A stretch of DNA of 30,728 nucleotides from Octopus sinensis (taxonomy: Eukaryota). The notes beneath the pieces were generated by a model. The model ran no database searches and was not told where the DNA came from. It saw nothing but the letters and a program-made list of their open reading frames with translations. The stretch spans positions 1-30,728 of the forward strand of contig NW_021832461.1 in the NCBI RefSeq assembly GCF_006345805.1, in the 5' to 3' direction. Within the stretch, counting starts at the first letter, position 1. Each line of letters starts with the position of its first letter. The position numbers and the translations under genes are program-made. This document shows, piece by piece, positions 1 through 11,048 of this stretch.

Positions 1-2209
1 AACAGCTGTTCGACGAAGGTCCACAGCTCTGAAATATCTGGACACTGCACGAGTGCGTGCAGAACGGTTTCGTCGTTCTGACCGCATCTCGGGCAGATCG
101 GTCCGCTGATGGTTTTCGAACCGTGCCTGTAGCTCCTCTCGAACAGGTGGTGCGTCTCGATAGCATTGCCAAGCCAGGGATTTTTGGAAGTTATCCATAG
201 GCCCCGGCCCGAACGTTGTCCTGAACAGGCGGGTTAGGAATTTCTCGTCGACGCCCAGGTTTGCCGTCGGACCTCCCCTCCACTAGTCCTCTATAGAACG
301 CTTTAGTCGTTTGTAAGTTGCACAAGTTTGACCCTGGTCGGCAGAGCTGCTGTAGAGCTTGGCGACACTCTCGGTGCCAGTCGCCCAGTTTCGGTCTCTT
401 CGTTTGCAGTTCGGTCAGTGAGACGAGCTGCGGGAAGGCGCGCCTCACAAACGGCGCCCAAACCTGTTCACCGTCATCGATGAAATTCCGCAGTTGTCGC
501 AGTCTCAGCGCGTGTCTGCGCATCATCAACCACGGCATGCCCAGTCTTCTTTTAACGGGTGTTGACAGCAAATGGATCGCCTGACCATCGGGACGCATCC
601 TTTCTACAAGAAGCGAAAGAGAATGCGTTCTAGTTTGGTGATGGTAGGGTCGGGACAAGGTACGACGGTCAGGCGGTAATCGATGACGGATGCGATGTAC
701 GCGTTCGCCACCTCCACCCGACCTTTTAGAGACAGCTTTCTCTCGGCCCATGTTTGGCTGAGAGCGACCACTCTACTTGTGATCTCGTCCCAGTTCTTAT
801 CCATTTGGAGGTCCGGACTGAACCAGACCCCGAGCAATTTAACCGGTCCGTCCGTCCAGCGTCTCACTACTGAGCCGCAGTCGGACGGCATGGGCTTGCT
901 TCTCCAGGTGCCGAGTAGCAAACCCACTGACTTTTCCGGATTAATCTTCGCTCCCGTCACCGTTTCGTATTTTCTTAGTGTCTCGCTTATCATCTGGATG
1001 TGTTTTTCGCTCGACACTATGACGGTGACATCGTCCGCATATGCCGACACGCTGGTCCCGCAACCCACTTCCCGTGGGATGCCCCTCAGTGTCGCCAGCT
1101 TCTGCAGTAGCGGCTCGAGAGGCAATACATACAGAAGCGCCGACAGGGGACGCCACTGACGGACCGAACGCGTGATGTCAAACGGTTTCGACAGGTGACA
1201 GTTCACCCGAATCACCGATCGAATGCCGCTATACGAGGCAGCGATCCAACCGCGGAAGACGGGACCGAAGCCAGCCGCCCTGAGGACGGCCGTCAAGTAC
1301 CGATGGTCGACCCTGTCGAAGGCTTTAGACTGATCCAAATTGATCAGCGCCCCACCCATGCCAGGATCCTTAACTACCCTGTCTACAATGTAGCGCATCA
1401 GATGGAGGTTGTCATGTATGGTTCTGCCCGGCACGGCGCATGTTTGCGCCCTGTCGACCAGTTTACCAAAGACAAGCGCCAAACTCTCGGCTATTACTTT
1501 GGCCAAAATTTTCAAATCTGCGTTAACCAGAGTGATGGGCCTGAAATTAATATATAAAATTCCCCTTGTTTGGGTCTTTCTTCAGCAACGTCACTGCACC
1601 TCGGCTCACGAAGCCGGAGATTCTCCCGTTTTGTTGCCAGTTGCAGTAGACTGATGCCAAGAGGTCGCCAAACAAGTCTGGCATTTGACAATACAGCTCG
1701 TAGGGTAAACCATCCAATCCAGGCGACTTATCCCTTGCGCAGCCCTCATCGCATCCCGCACGTCAGCGGCCGTGATGGGACTTTCACAACACTCCGCTTC
1801 TCTTGCCGAGAGCCGCGGCAGGTCGGTCAGGTTGGTACTGAAATCCCTCCCGCGTTCCGACCCACCACTCGCACCAAACAGTCGAGCAAAGTGCTGTTGA
1901 AAGGCCTCACACATCCTTTCGGGTTCACGTAAACTGCATCCCTTTTGATCAATTAGAGACCTCCACCACCCATGTTCGGCAGACAGGGAGAAAAATAAAT
2001 GTCGAATTGATCGCCAAACATGGACGCGAGGGCCCGCGGCTTGCTGAGTCTGGTTTCACTGATAGCTACTATATCCACGTTCAGTGACTTGATGTCGTTT
2101 AGAAGATAACCTTGTTTCCAAGCCGACGCCAAGCCGACGCCAAACCGACGCCAAGCCGACGCCAAGCCGACACCAAGCCACGCGCATTCACACAACCTAA
2201 TTTAAGCAT
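1..2209 (-). pseudogene. ORF2 (APE endonuclease remnant / reverse transcriptase / zf-RVT), frameshifted and internally deleted
   Basis: ATG at 2209 gives MLKLGCVNARGL, then GYLLNDIKSLNVDIVAISETRL (APE N-terminal N and E motifs). RT motifs follow: KSPGLDGLPYELY (~1690-1730), NFRPITLVNADLKILAK, LDQSKAFDRVDH, SAYADDVTV, KLLGVWF. The zinc finger CPRCGQNDETVLHALVQC lies at ~43-96. At least four frameshifts. Confidence 0.93.
2118..2182 (+). repeat. 11-bp tandem repeat (CCAAGCCGACG) x5 plus a partial copy
   Basis: Units start at 2118, 2129, 2140, 2151 and 2162, with a partial unit at 2173. Confidence 0.95.
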
Positions 2210-2275
2210 AATTGACGTTTAAGAAATTTGTGTTTCACACACTACATTGGAAGAAACAATAGGCAAGAGGGAAGG

Positions 2276-4204
2276 TCACTTACCCATTTCGAAAGTTTCA
2301 GTTTTTTCTTCATCTTTTGTAGTGTCTTTGAGGAGGTGTTTGAATAGTTTTTTGGAGAGGTATTTTTGAAACCCCCCTACCGCATTTGGAAATATTGTTT
2401 TCAGTGTATGGTGTTGTGTTTGTGTTATGTGTAATATTCTTATGTGTTTCGGTGGAGTGGTGCGCGGATGGTTATTTGTCTTAAAGTCATCTTCGCAGAT
2501 GTTCGTGTTGGGTGCAATGTCATCCATTAGTTTTTTATTGTCCGTGTCTATTGCTGTTAGTTGTGAGTGTGGTTTTGCGGGGTCATTGACTTTTTTTATT
2601 GTCTAAGGGGATGCTGTCCGGAGTTAAATATCTCCCTGCTTTACTTACTTGTTTGGTGGGCTTTTTTGGTCTTTTCCTTTTACCCCCTGTGGCTATTTGC
2701 CATTCCGTCGAACTTTCGTCGTTGGACAACAAGCCCGACGAATCAGAAGTGGGTAAAGGCAAAGCATTTGCGTTAATATGTATGTTTGTAGAAATTGTTG
2801 ATGTTTTGTGCGGTGTTTGTGTTGTTGGGGTGTTAGGGATAGAATTTGTCTTCTCGTCACTGTTTTCGGTTTTTTTTTTTTGTTGTCGTCCTTGGTGCTG
2901 GTGTTGGTCTATCTTTTGGTGTTGTTTCAGTATGTTGAATTGGTTGCGACGTCAACGGTGATTGTGTTGGTGCTGTTTCTTTTCTTGGTGATGTTGTTGG
3001 AGTTTGTTTGCTGGTTTGTTGTTTTTCTTGGCATTGTTCCATCATTGAGTGTGGTGTTGGTGTTGGTGTTGGCAACAAAGGTTTTTTGTTTTTTTCTGAT
3101 TTGTTCTTTCTTGTTTTCTCTGTGCCAGAACGCACATTGCAATTAAATGTTCTGGGCTTCCACAGTTGTAGCATCTTGGCTTTTTGCCTTCTGCTACAAC
3201 ATATAGGCTTTGCCGATTTTCTAAATGGATCCTATCAGGAAGTTTCTCTATAGAGGACTCATCAATTGGATGGTCACTACTATTAATTTACCACCCCAAT
3301 TGTCATTTTTGTACTCGGCGATTTCTAATAAGTTTATCGTTTTTGAATGATAACATATCGCCGATGTTATCCATTTGTGTGGTATGTCTGTTGGGACATT
3401 TTTAATTGTAATTTTGCTCACTCTTTGGCCTTTGTAATATGGTATCATGATGATTTCATCATTATGCAAAGGCTCCGTAGAATGAGCTTTTGCCACTTCC
3501 TGGTTAGGGAATCGGACCACCACTGTATTAAACTGGGGACCCCAGTTTATATATTCTTTTACTTTCATTATGCTTTTTGCACACTTTTCAATGTCCATTT
3601 TTGTGATCTGTTCATTTTGTATTTTGTTTTTTTTTTTAATTTTATATATAATTGTTTGGTTTTCTATTTGTTCCTTTATGTGTTGAGATGTATGCAATAC
3701 TAAATCCTGCCCTTAGGTTGTGAAGAGTGATCTTGTCTCTATCAACTCTTCATTCGTGAACTGTATAATTTCTTTTTTCTGTCGCAGAGTGTCAGCGAAA
3801 TTTACTTTTACATTCTGGCAGTTGTTGTCGTTGTGTGTTTGTGTTGTTGTTGTATCTGAAATATTCTTGGACGTGGCTTTTCCAGGTATTGTTGAATCTG
3901 TTATGATAATATCTTCACTATTAGATGGTAAAATATTTATTTCATATTTGTTGTTGTTGTTGTCTTTGTTAATTGTATTTGCGTTATTTTCATTTTTATC
4001 ATTTATGTTGGTGGTAGTGGTGGGGGGGGTGGTTGTGTGTATATTAGGTGTATGGTTGCTGATTATGCAGTTAGCAAGGGGTGGAAAATTTTCTGCATAA
4101 TTTGCCCTTGCGTTTGAGCAAATTGCGGCAATTCGTTTGGTGGTCGCGTTTTTTTCTTTCTCTCCTTCACTTGTTGGTGGTGGAGGGAACAATGCCTGAA
4201 GGGA

Positions 4205-4236
<32 letters not shown>

Positions 4237-4600
4237 CGTTCTTGGTGGCGGCGGTGGTGTTAGTAGCAAAGGAGGCAGTCGTAGTAGCAGATATTGTAGT
4301 GGCGGCATTCGTATTGACGGCACGGTCTTTGGTGGCAGTGATCTTGGTATTGTTATTGTTGTTGTTAGCAGAAGCTGCCATGGTGGTGGTGTCGGTGTTG
4401 ATGGTGGAATCATTGGTGGCGGTTACGGTGCTTGGCCTTGCGGCCTTTGTTTTGTAGTTGTTGCTGTTGTCGATGCTGATGGTGATGGTGTGTGAAGCGT
4501 TCAAACAGTCAAGTTCAGCGCGTGGTGACAGGGAATCTTGCTTTTTTGTTTTGGCGTCACGCTTCAGTTGCGCCTCAGCCTCGTGGTGACCAGTAGCCAT
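2276..4600 (-). pseudogene. ORF1 (N/T-rich low-complexity N-terminus, RRM-like domain, single CCHC zinc knuckle)
   Basis: ATG at 4600 in AAAATGG context. An in-frame TAA at 3713-3715 separates track ORFs 3713..4600 and 3248..3697, which share a frame. RRM-like RVSKITIKNVPTDIP, then a 1-nt frameshift near 3270, then EGKKPRCYNCGSPEHLIAMC (CX2CX4HX4C, 3132-3173). Further frameshifts downstream, so the C-terminal frame is uncertain. Confidence 0.82.
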
Positions 4601-4798
4601 TTTTGAAAATAAAAATGGCTATGAGAATTTTTTAAAATTTTGCCCACAAAGGGCGAAATTTTGTGTAGATATTTATCAAGGTTTGCAGTGGATGTTGTTG
4701 CACAACTTTTAAACACAAAATATTTGGCAATAAACACTTTTGAACGTACAAAATGACCAACTTACTTGGAGCCCATTTGACTTGCGTCTGTCTGTCCA

Positions 4799-4799
4799 G

Positions 4800-4832
<33 letters not shown>

Positions 4833-4904
4833 CATACATACATACATACATACATACATACATACATACATACATACAATACATACATACATACATATAT
4901 ATAT

Positions 4905-4945
<41 letters not shown>

Positions 4946-4946
4946 G

Positions 4947-5039
<93 letters not shown>
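4799..5039. repeat. Compound microsatellite (GATA)n-(CATA)n-(TA)n-(GATA)n
   Basis: Directly visible; it explains the IYLS/MYVC-repeat ORFs in the track. Confidence 0.98.
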
Positions 5040-5092
5040 TACACGCAGTTCTGCATGTGACACATACATATACGCTAACATATATGTGCATA

Positions 5093-6249
5093 CTAGCAGC
5101 ATAGCCCGGCGTTGTCCGGGTATGTAAGAGCTCCTAGTAGGCAACGACTAATCCCAATCTAGTCCTTTCCCTCTGGGGAACGAAGGCGTATGTGTAGGTT
5201 GCAATGTCTTCTCTTCACTCCCAAATAACTATCAAACAGCTATCGATAATTCAACCCAACCAATTCCTACCAGGAAGAAATTACATTCGAGACTTTACCC
5301 CCAACACCGCCACTTCTGCTAATAGCTGCTGCAGCTGCAAGTTATTCGAATACTTTTTTTGTTTAAACTTTCTTTATAACTACCACCCCAAATGTTTTAC
5401 CTTAAATTTTGGACGTACCCTAAGGGTCCTCGGACGCTACTTGCAAACTCTTGGTTTATTATAAACCGCTTTTGTCGTGTGCACCAAAAAACCTTTTCCA
5501 TTCGTTTGTCCAGTTTGGTCACTTTTGACTTTTTCGTTGTTGTCACTCACATTGCTGCCCGCTTTTTTTGCCGTTTTTGTACATTTTTATACATTTTGGG
5601 ATACTTACCTCACGTGTTCCGAGAGTTAAAAAGGTCGAGTTGCGTCCCCTAGACAGTCTGTGGTTTGTGTTTAATACACAAATCGGCTTGCTATGTGTGC
5701 CACATATGATTTAATTAGCCGATTTTTTCCAGTAATAAAGTACCCTATTGGAATAAAAAGGGCCATATAGTTCCTTGGAGCAGACATGATGTTCGCTGTG
5801 AATTTTTTAAAAAATTCCTGCCAATTTGTGAAAGATATTGTCGAAAATATGTCATCGTGAATTTGAACGCGATTTCCCAAAATGGCATGATTTTATCGAT
5901 TTTGTTCTGATGGTAAGGTATTGCATGGAAAACTAACGTCAGAATTAAGTTTCTTAGGGTAACATTAAGCTTCACCATGAGTTTGGTGAAAATCGATTGC
6001 AAGTTGCGAAAACTACAACAGAAAATGTGTTGCATATAAAAAGCTTAGTTTCTCGACCCCATGTCGAATTTATCGATTTTTTTCAGAACTGGGAGAAATT
6101 TTCAAATTTTCGCTGCGTTAGTTTTGAATTATGATATTGGGCTGTGTGTGTGTCAAGTTTCATCAGAATCGGTTGAAAGCCGTGTTCAGGGTGAGGGTAC
6201 AACCTGACAGACACACAGACAGACAAACTGCTGTTTATATAGAGAGAGA
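5093..6249 (-). mobile_element. Non-autonomous Helitron (Lep1-like architecture), 1157 bp
   Basis: On the minus strand it starts A|TC (6250|6249) and ends CTAG|T (5093|5092), i.e. an A-T target with no TSD. A GC hairpin CCCGG-ACAACG-CCGGG (5105-5120) lies 12 nt from the 3' end, and a (CTGT)n-like tract lies near the 5' end (6205-6225). No Rep/helicase coding. Confidence 0.85.
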
Positions 6250-7224
6250 TAGGTGAATATGTGTGTGTGTGTTTGTGTGTGTATCTGTGTGGTATGTGTG
6301 TTTCTGACTATTTGTCTGTCTGTTTGTACAGACATTCGTACATTTATATAATCATCCGTCTCTACAAATACATAGATCTACGTTCATCGCTAATGTTGTA
6401 TATCACATCCCGTTCTCTGTGTTTGTGTACTAAACTGTTGGTAAATCATAGACCAACTCACATGACATCTAGACCTAAGTAGTTATTATTTTAAATATCA
6501 CAACTACAAGTTTGTAATATTCAACTTGGATCCATAATTATTTAAGCAGTGGAGCAATCGCTCAAGTCTGCGCGTCTCCGGCCGATTGGCGCAAACATGG
6601 TGGAACCGTTGATGAGTTCACTTCATAAGTCTTTGATTCGGCCTCAGCGCATGGTACCTCGGTGTCATTTATCATAGTCTGAGATTAACGAAACCCTTGT
6701 GAGTAAGCAGAATTAGTGTTATGTGGTTGAGTAGTTCTCTGGGAAACTATCTGATGACTTTCCAGTCTTACTTTGCGGCACTGTTGGCAAGAGTTTTGCT
6801 ATCATAGTTTCAGATCTATAAATTCTTGTGAAAGAAATTTGATAATTGAAGATCCGTACGGAAGCTTGCCGATGTATGGGTACCTGTCATACTTGTGGGT
6901 TTAGACTTAACCTTGATTATAATTCATCATGAACAGCACGTAAACAAATGAGAATATAAATGCATGCCTACATACAAACCTAATGGTTTGATATTCGGTT
7001 CATAATGCTAAGACTGAGGTTTCAAATTTTGGCCCGAATAACATATTGTGCTCTTTAGGGAGAAACTCTATTACACAATGCTCCGGTTTCCATGGTTCTA
7101 ACGAGTATATTCCGGTTACTGGTGCTGTCCTTTATCTCTCCTTCCATATGTCATTTCCCGAGTGTTCCTCGGGGCCAATGGAAAGGAGGCCGAGAGAGTT
7201 TATATATCTGTTAGTAACAACGTC

Positions 7225-7445
7225 CACCTCATGCTTCAGTCCTCGCTACAGTGTGGTGGTTTGTGTGCCTCAATGGCCCTGAGATCCATGTTAGCAAGGT
7301 GCAACCCCTGGCCGGGCCTCTCATGGTAAATAGGTCAAAGAATGGAGGCCAGATAATATGAACCACGCCTTTCCACAAGTAAAAATAGGTTGCGTAGGGC
7401 CAATAACTATTCCAAGCAAGTAAAGTAAAGTTACTGAAGAACCAA
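7225..7445 (+). mobile_element. Diverged 5' UTR fragment of an RTE-clade (Expander/Rex3-like) LINE
   Basis: Motif order GTGCCTCAATGGCCCTGAGA ... CCCCTGG.CGGGCCTCTCATGG ... AGGTCAAAG ... GAGGCCAGA ... GCGTAGGGCCAATAAC matches my recollection of RTE 5' UTRs. Not verified by alignment. Confidence 0.45.
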
Positions 7446-8399
7446 TGTCATTTTAAAACCAAACAAGAACTGTAATAGGAAGGCTTCACATAGTACAGCA
7501 AAACCCGAAAGCAAGTTGCACGGCTGACCCCTTTCTGGCCACCCAGAAACGGTTCAGATACAAGAACTGTAGTGAAAAGTCATTGATGGCCTTTGTACCA
7601 TATGGAGAGAAGGGCTTACGGAAGTAAGTCTTACTTACATAAAAACTTAAAACAAATAACGAACACGTGGTAAATGGTACTAAGGCATACGCACTCGCGA
7701 AGTGAATGCATGTTGTACCCATACACACATGTTTAGAAATACTTATTGATAATTATACTTTGAATATTAGATGACACCCCTTACACGACAGGACCTTGTC
7801 TTCCGAACACCAGGAATGCGATATCTTCGTGCAGTAGTCTTCCATGCAACAGTGTCGTGGAGTATTAATGCTACGATGGTATGTTTGCCTTCTTAATCCG
7901 TCATATAGTTTAATAACCCCTTCTGGCCCTCCGGTTCTTTCAGTAAAGTGCATTCCATTCCAAATATTCGGTTCAGGTATCTGGCCTGAGTATAACATTC
8001 CCTCGTAATTTCCACAAAACAGTGCCAGAGACTGTGAAATTAGTTCATGCAGGCAGTCTTCCTTCACTTGATTGACACAATTGGAAAAATATAATTAGGC
8101 ATTTATCATTATGTTGTTTCGGATAAAATTTGGATACAAACAGATTATATTGCAAAAACCAAATATATTTTAATAAAAAATTAGAACACATTTTCTTGGT
8201 AAATTTTCTCGTAAGATTATTTTAAGAATCTGTCTTCTGATTCGATAACTGCTTGAATGCGCGCCAAAAATCCTTGATATGTCTGCCTTAAATCATCGCT
8301 TCGACAATCCCAAACGTTCAGTGAAGTTATGATATCGTAAAGATGTCGATTAGTTTTCCTTTCACCAGCATTTCAAAAGTAGTAGTCTCTAGAAAATAC

Positions 8400-8522
8400 C
8401 ATCATTTACATTATTTACATTTGACGGATATTTGTCTTCATCTTGTTTCTTGTTAACACAACGTTTCAGCTGATACACCCTCCAGCCTTCATCAGGTATC
8501 TTGGAGAAATTTCGAACCTGGG
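8400..8522 (-). mobile_element. Inverted copy of the Penelope-like, hammerhead-bearing tail at 11897-12020
   Basis: The reverse complement aligns to 11897-12020 with 12 mismatches and 1 gap over 124 columns by manual count. Confidence 0.92.
8455..8500 (-). ncRNA. Putative minimal type I hammerhead ribozyme (copy 1)
   Basis: Minus strand reads GAUAC CUGAUGA A GGCUG-GAGGGUGUAU-CAGCU GAAA C GUU GUGUU. The core is intact, and stems I and II are closed with G-U wobbles. Confidence 0.7.
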
Positions 8523-8594
8523 CATATAGCATAATGGTTAAGAGCGCGGGCTACTAATCCCAAGATTCTGAGTTCAATTTCAAGCAGTGACATG
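8520..8594 (+). mobile_element. tRNA-derived SINE head with Pol III A/B boxes
   Basis: A-box-like TAGCATAATGG (8528-8538) and B-box-like GAGTTCAATTTC (8570-8581). The anticodon-arm-like GGGCTACTAATCC resembles tRNA-Ser(GCT) GGACTGCTAATCC. Followed directly by (AAT)n. Confidence 0.8.
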
Positions 8595-8601
8595 AATAAT
8601 G

Positions 8602-8678
<77 letters not shown>

Positions 8679-8699
8679 TAATAATAATAATAATAATAA
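8595..8699 (+). repeat. (AAT)n microsatellite; insertion target of Dong/R4 copy A
   Basis: Direct read; it explains the poly-I/poly-N start of ORF 8599..9126. Confidence 0.98.
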
Positions 8700-11048
8700 C
8701 CCCAAGAATTTTTACAGGAAGATAGGAAAAACAGCGTTTACTGCAATGTCTGTACCATCAAAAGAAGAAGTGCAGGGGTTTTGGAATAAAATTTGGGCAG
8801 AAGAAAAAACACACAACGAAAAGGCCCCCTGGATTGACAGAATATCTACAGAACTGGACCCCTTAGAAGAGCAAAAGTGGGAGGGTGTCAAGGTAGAAGA
8901 TATAAAATCTGCTCTCAGGAGGTCAAGCAAATGGAAGTCTCCAGGAAAGGATAAAATTCCTAACTTCTGGCTGAATGCCTTCCCAGAGAGCCATGAACTG
9001 CTAACAGAACTGTACAATGATGTTTTGCAACACCCTAGTAGGATACCTCATTGGCTAGTTAATGGGTTAACATTCCTGCTTCCAAAAAGTGAAGAAACAA
9101 ATGAACCAAAAACTATAGACCCATAACCTGCTTAACAACTATGTACAAAACGCTAACATCTGTCCTGACGGAATATACTTATAGTTTTTTTACAGACAGC
9201 AGCATATTCCCTAATGAACAGAAAGGATGTAAACGTGGATCCTACGGCTGTAAAGATCAACTACGCATCAATAGGATGATCCTAGAAGATTGTCACAAAC
9301 GACACAAAAACTTATCAATACCCTGGATAGACTATAAAAAGGCTTTTGATAGCCTATCACATAGCTGGATTAGGAAATGCCTGGAAATGTATAAGAGAGC
9401 ACCTACTCTGCGAAACTTTTTGACTGCAAGTATGAGATCATGGAGAACCACACTAACTCTGAACAGTGACAATGAATCCCTAAATGCTGGTGATGTAAAA
9501 ATTCCGTGTGGCATTTTCAAGGGTGAATCACTGTCACCACTCCTCTTTTGTTTAGCCTTAATACCTCTCTCAAAACTGCTCAATGACGCGCAGTACGGGT
9601 ATAAAATGCTTGATAAAAATATAAATCATCTCATTTACATGGATGATTTAAAGCTCTTTGCAAAAAAAAGATCAACAACTCAAGGGCTTACTATCGATAG
9701 TCAAACAATTCAGTGACGACATCAGAATGCAATTCGGCCTCGATAAATGTGCAAAAGCTACCTTTATCAAAGGAAAAATGACAGAAACATCTAACGTTAA
9801 CCTTGACCAGCAGAATGTCATAAAAGAACTAGACCCAGCGGAGAGTTACAAGTACCTAGGGGTAATTGAAGGGAACGGAATAAGGCATTCAGAGATGAAG
9901 GAAGGGATCAGGAGAGAATGCTATCGAAGAGTGAGAGCAATACTCAAGACAGAGCTGAATGCAAGAAACAGGATCGAAGCGATCAATGCATTAGCCATAC
10001 CGGTCGTGACTTACAGTTTCAATATCGTTAACTGGTCAATCACTGAAATATGTCAGCTCGACAGAAAAATAAGAAAACTGTTGACAATGCATAGAATGCA
10101 CCACCCTAAGAAAACAGGGAGGCCGTGGTCTTTTGCAACTGGCAATAACAATGAAGATTGCTACAATTGGCCTAGACACCTACCTGAAAAAGTCTGAGGA
10201 CTGGATGTTAAAACTTGTCTCAAAACATGAAAACAAGAAAGCATCATACTCAGTAACACAAAACAGGCAAAGGAATATCTAAGTGAATTCCGAATACAAC
10301 ATATTTCGGAATTAGAGATAGACATACAAGAAACAAGCACTGAAAAAGCTAGGCGCATGAAAACCCGTGCCAAAACTGCGGCCTTGGATATTCTGAATAA
10401 TAAATGGCAAGAAAAACCTCTCTATGGCAAATACCCAAAGAGAGCGAATAATGCAGATATTGACAAAGCCCTGACCCATCAATGGCTAATGGCCTCTGGC
10501 TTAAAATCTGAAACAGAGGGGTTTATCATAGCAGCTCAAGATCAATGCCTACCAACAAGAAACTACCAGGCCAACATATAAAAGAACGGCAGTCGCCCAA
10601 CACGTCGTGTATGCTGTCCCAATCGATATAAGACCTACCAAAAACTGAGCAAATATAAAGATCTTGAAATAGAAATCAGCAAAATGTGGAAGCTGAAGAC
10701 TAAAACAATACCTGTTGTCATAGGTGCCCTGGGAATGATAGCGAAAGGGACTGATTGCTACCTAACTTAGATACCAGAAAACCCCCAAAATGGCAGAAAT
10801 TCAAAAGAACTGCTCATATCCTACGCAAAATACTCTCTATGTAATCCCAAGGTTTAAAACAAACATTTTTTGTGTGTATTAGACATTCACTAGTACAACA
10901 CAAAAAAAAACAAATATATGGCACACTAGGCATAACAACAACGTGAACTTCCAACCTGTTGTCTCTTGAGGTCTCTGGGTGAGACTTGGAGCCAACTTGT
11001 ACAGACATAAAGCAAAAGTCAAACATAGAATAATAATAATGATAATAA
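8698..11048 (+). mobile_element. R4/Dong-clade non-LTR retrotransposon copy A (5'-truncated; RT pseudogene; RLE region partly deleted; (TAA)n tail)
   Basis: RT motifs KSPGKDKIPNFWL, YRPITCL (across a frameshift), EQKGCKRGSYGCKDQL, WIDYKKAFDS, GIFKGESLSPLLF, YMDDLKLF, FGLDKCAK, YKYLGV, then AAQDQCLPTRNYQ. A deletion near 10615 joins the start of the CCHC finger to AVPID...KLSKYKDLEIE...GALG...TAHILRK. 3' UTR to ~11028, then (TAA)n. Confidence 0.9.

Larger units (their letters stand above)
1..4640 (-). mobile_element. Tx1/L1-clade non-LTR retrotransposon, two ORFs, decayed; 3' end runs off the window start
   Basis: Minus-strand order: ORF1 (RRM-like + CCHC knuckle), 66-nt spacer (2210-2275), ORF2 (APE remnant, RT with YADD, C-terminal CX2CX7HX4C). 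The 5' boundary is approximate. Confidence 0.9.

Noticed and set aside
318-1932. Plus-strand ORFs 318..584, 683..1159, 1195..1557, 1409..1654, 1570..1932
   Set aside because: Antisense shadows of the GC-rich Tx1 ORF2 with no recognisable motifs.
4632-5144. Long IYLS/MYVC, poly-K/E/F/I/Y and CV/HT ORFs here and throughout the window
   Set aside because: They are translations of microsatellites that lack stop codons in some frames.
6745-6765. CTGATGA as a hammerhead core or C/D box
   Set aside because: No downstream stem II-GAAA and no paired box or terminal stem.
7753-8067. 104-aa minus-strand ORF as a host exon or gene
   Set aside because: Non-ATG start, no recognisable domain and no convincing flanking splice sites; a BLASTX would be needed.
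8520-8594. Functional tRNA gene
   Set aside because: No complementary 3' acceptor strand, imperfect anticodon and T arms, and no oligo-T terminator; it runs into (AAT)n, so it is a SINE head.
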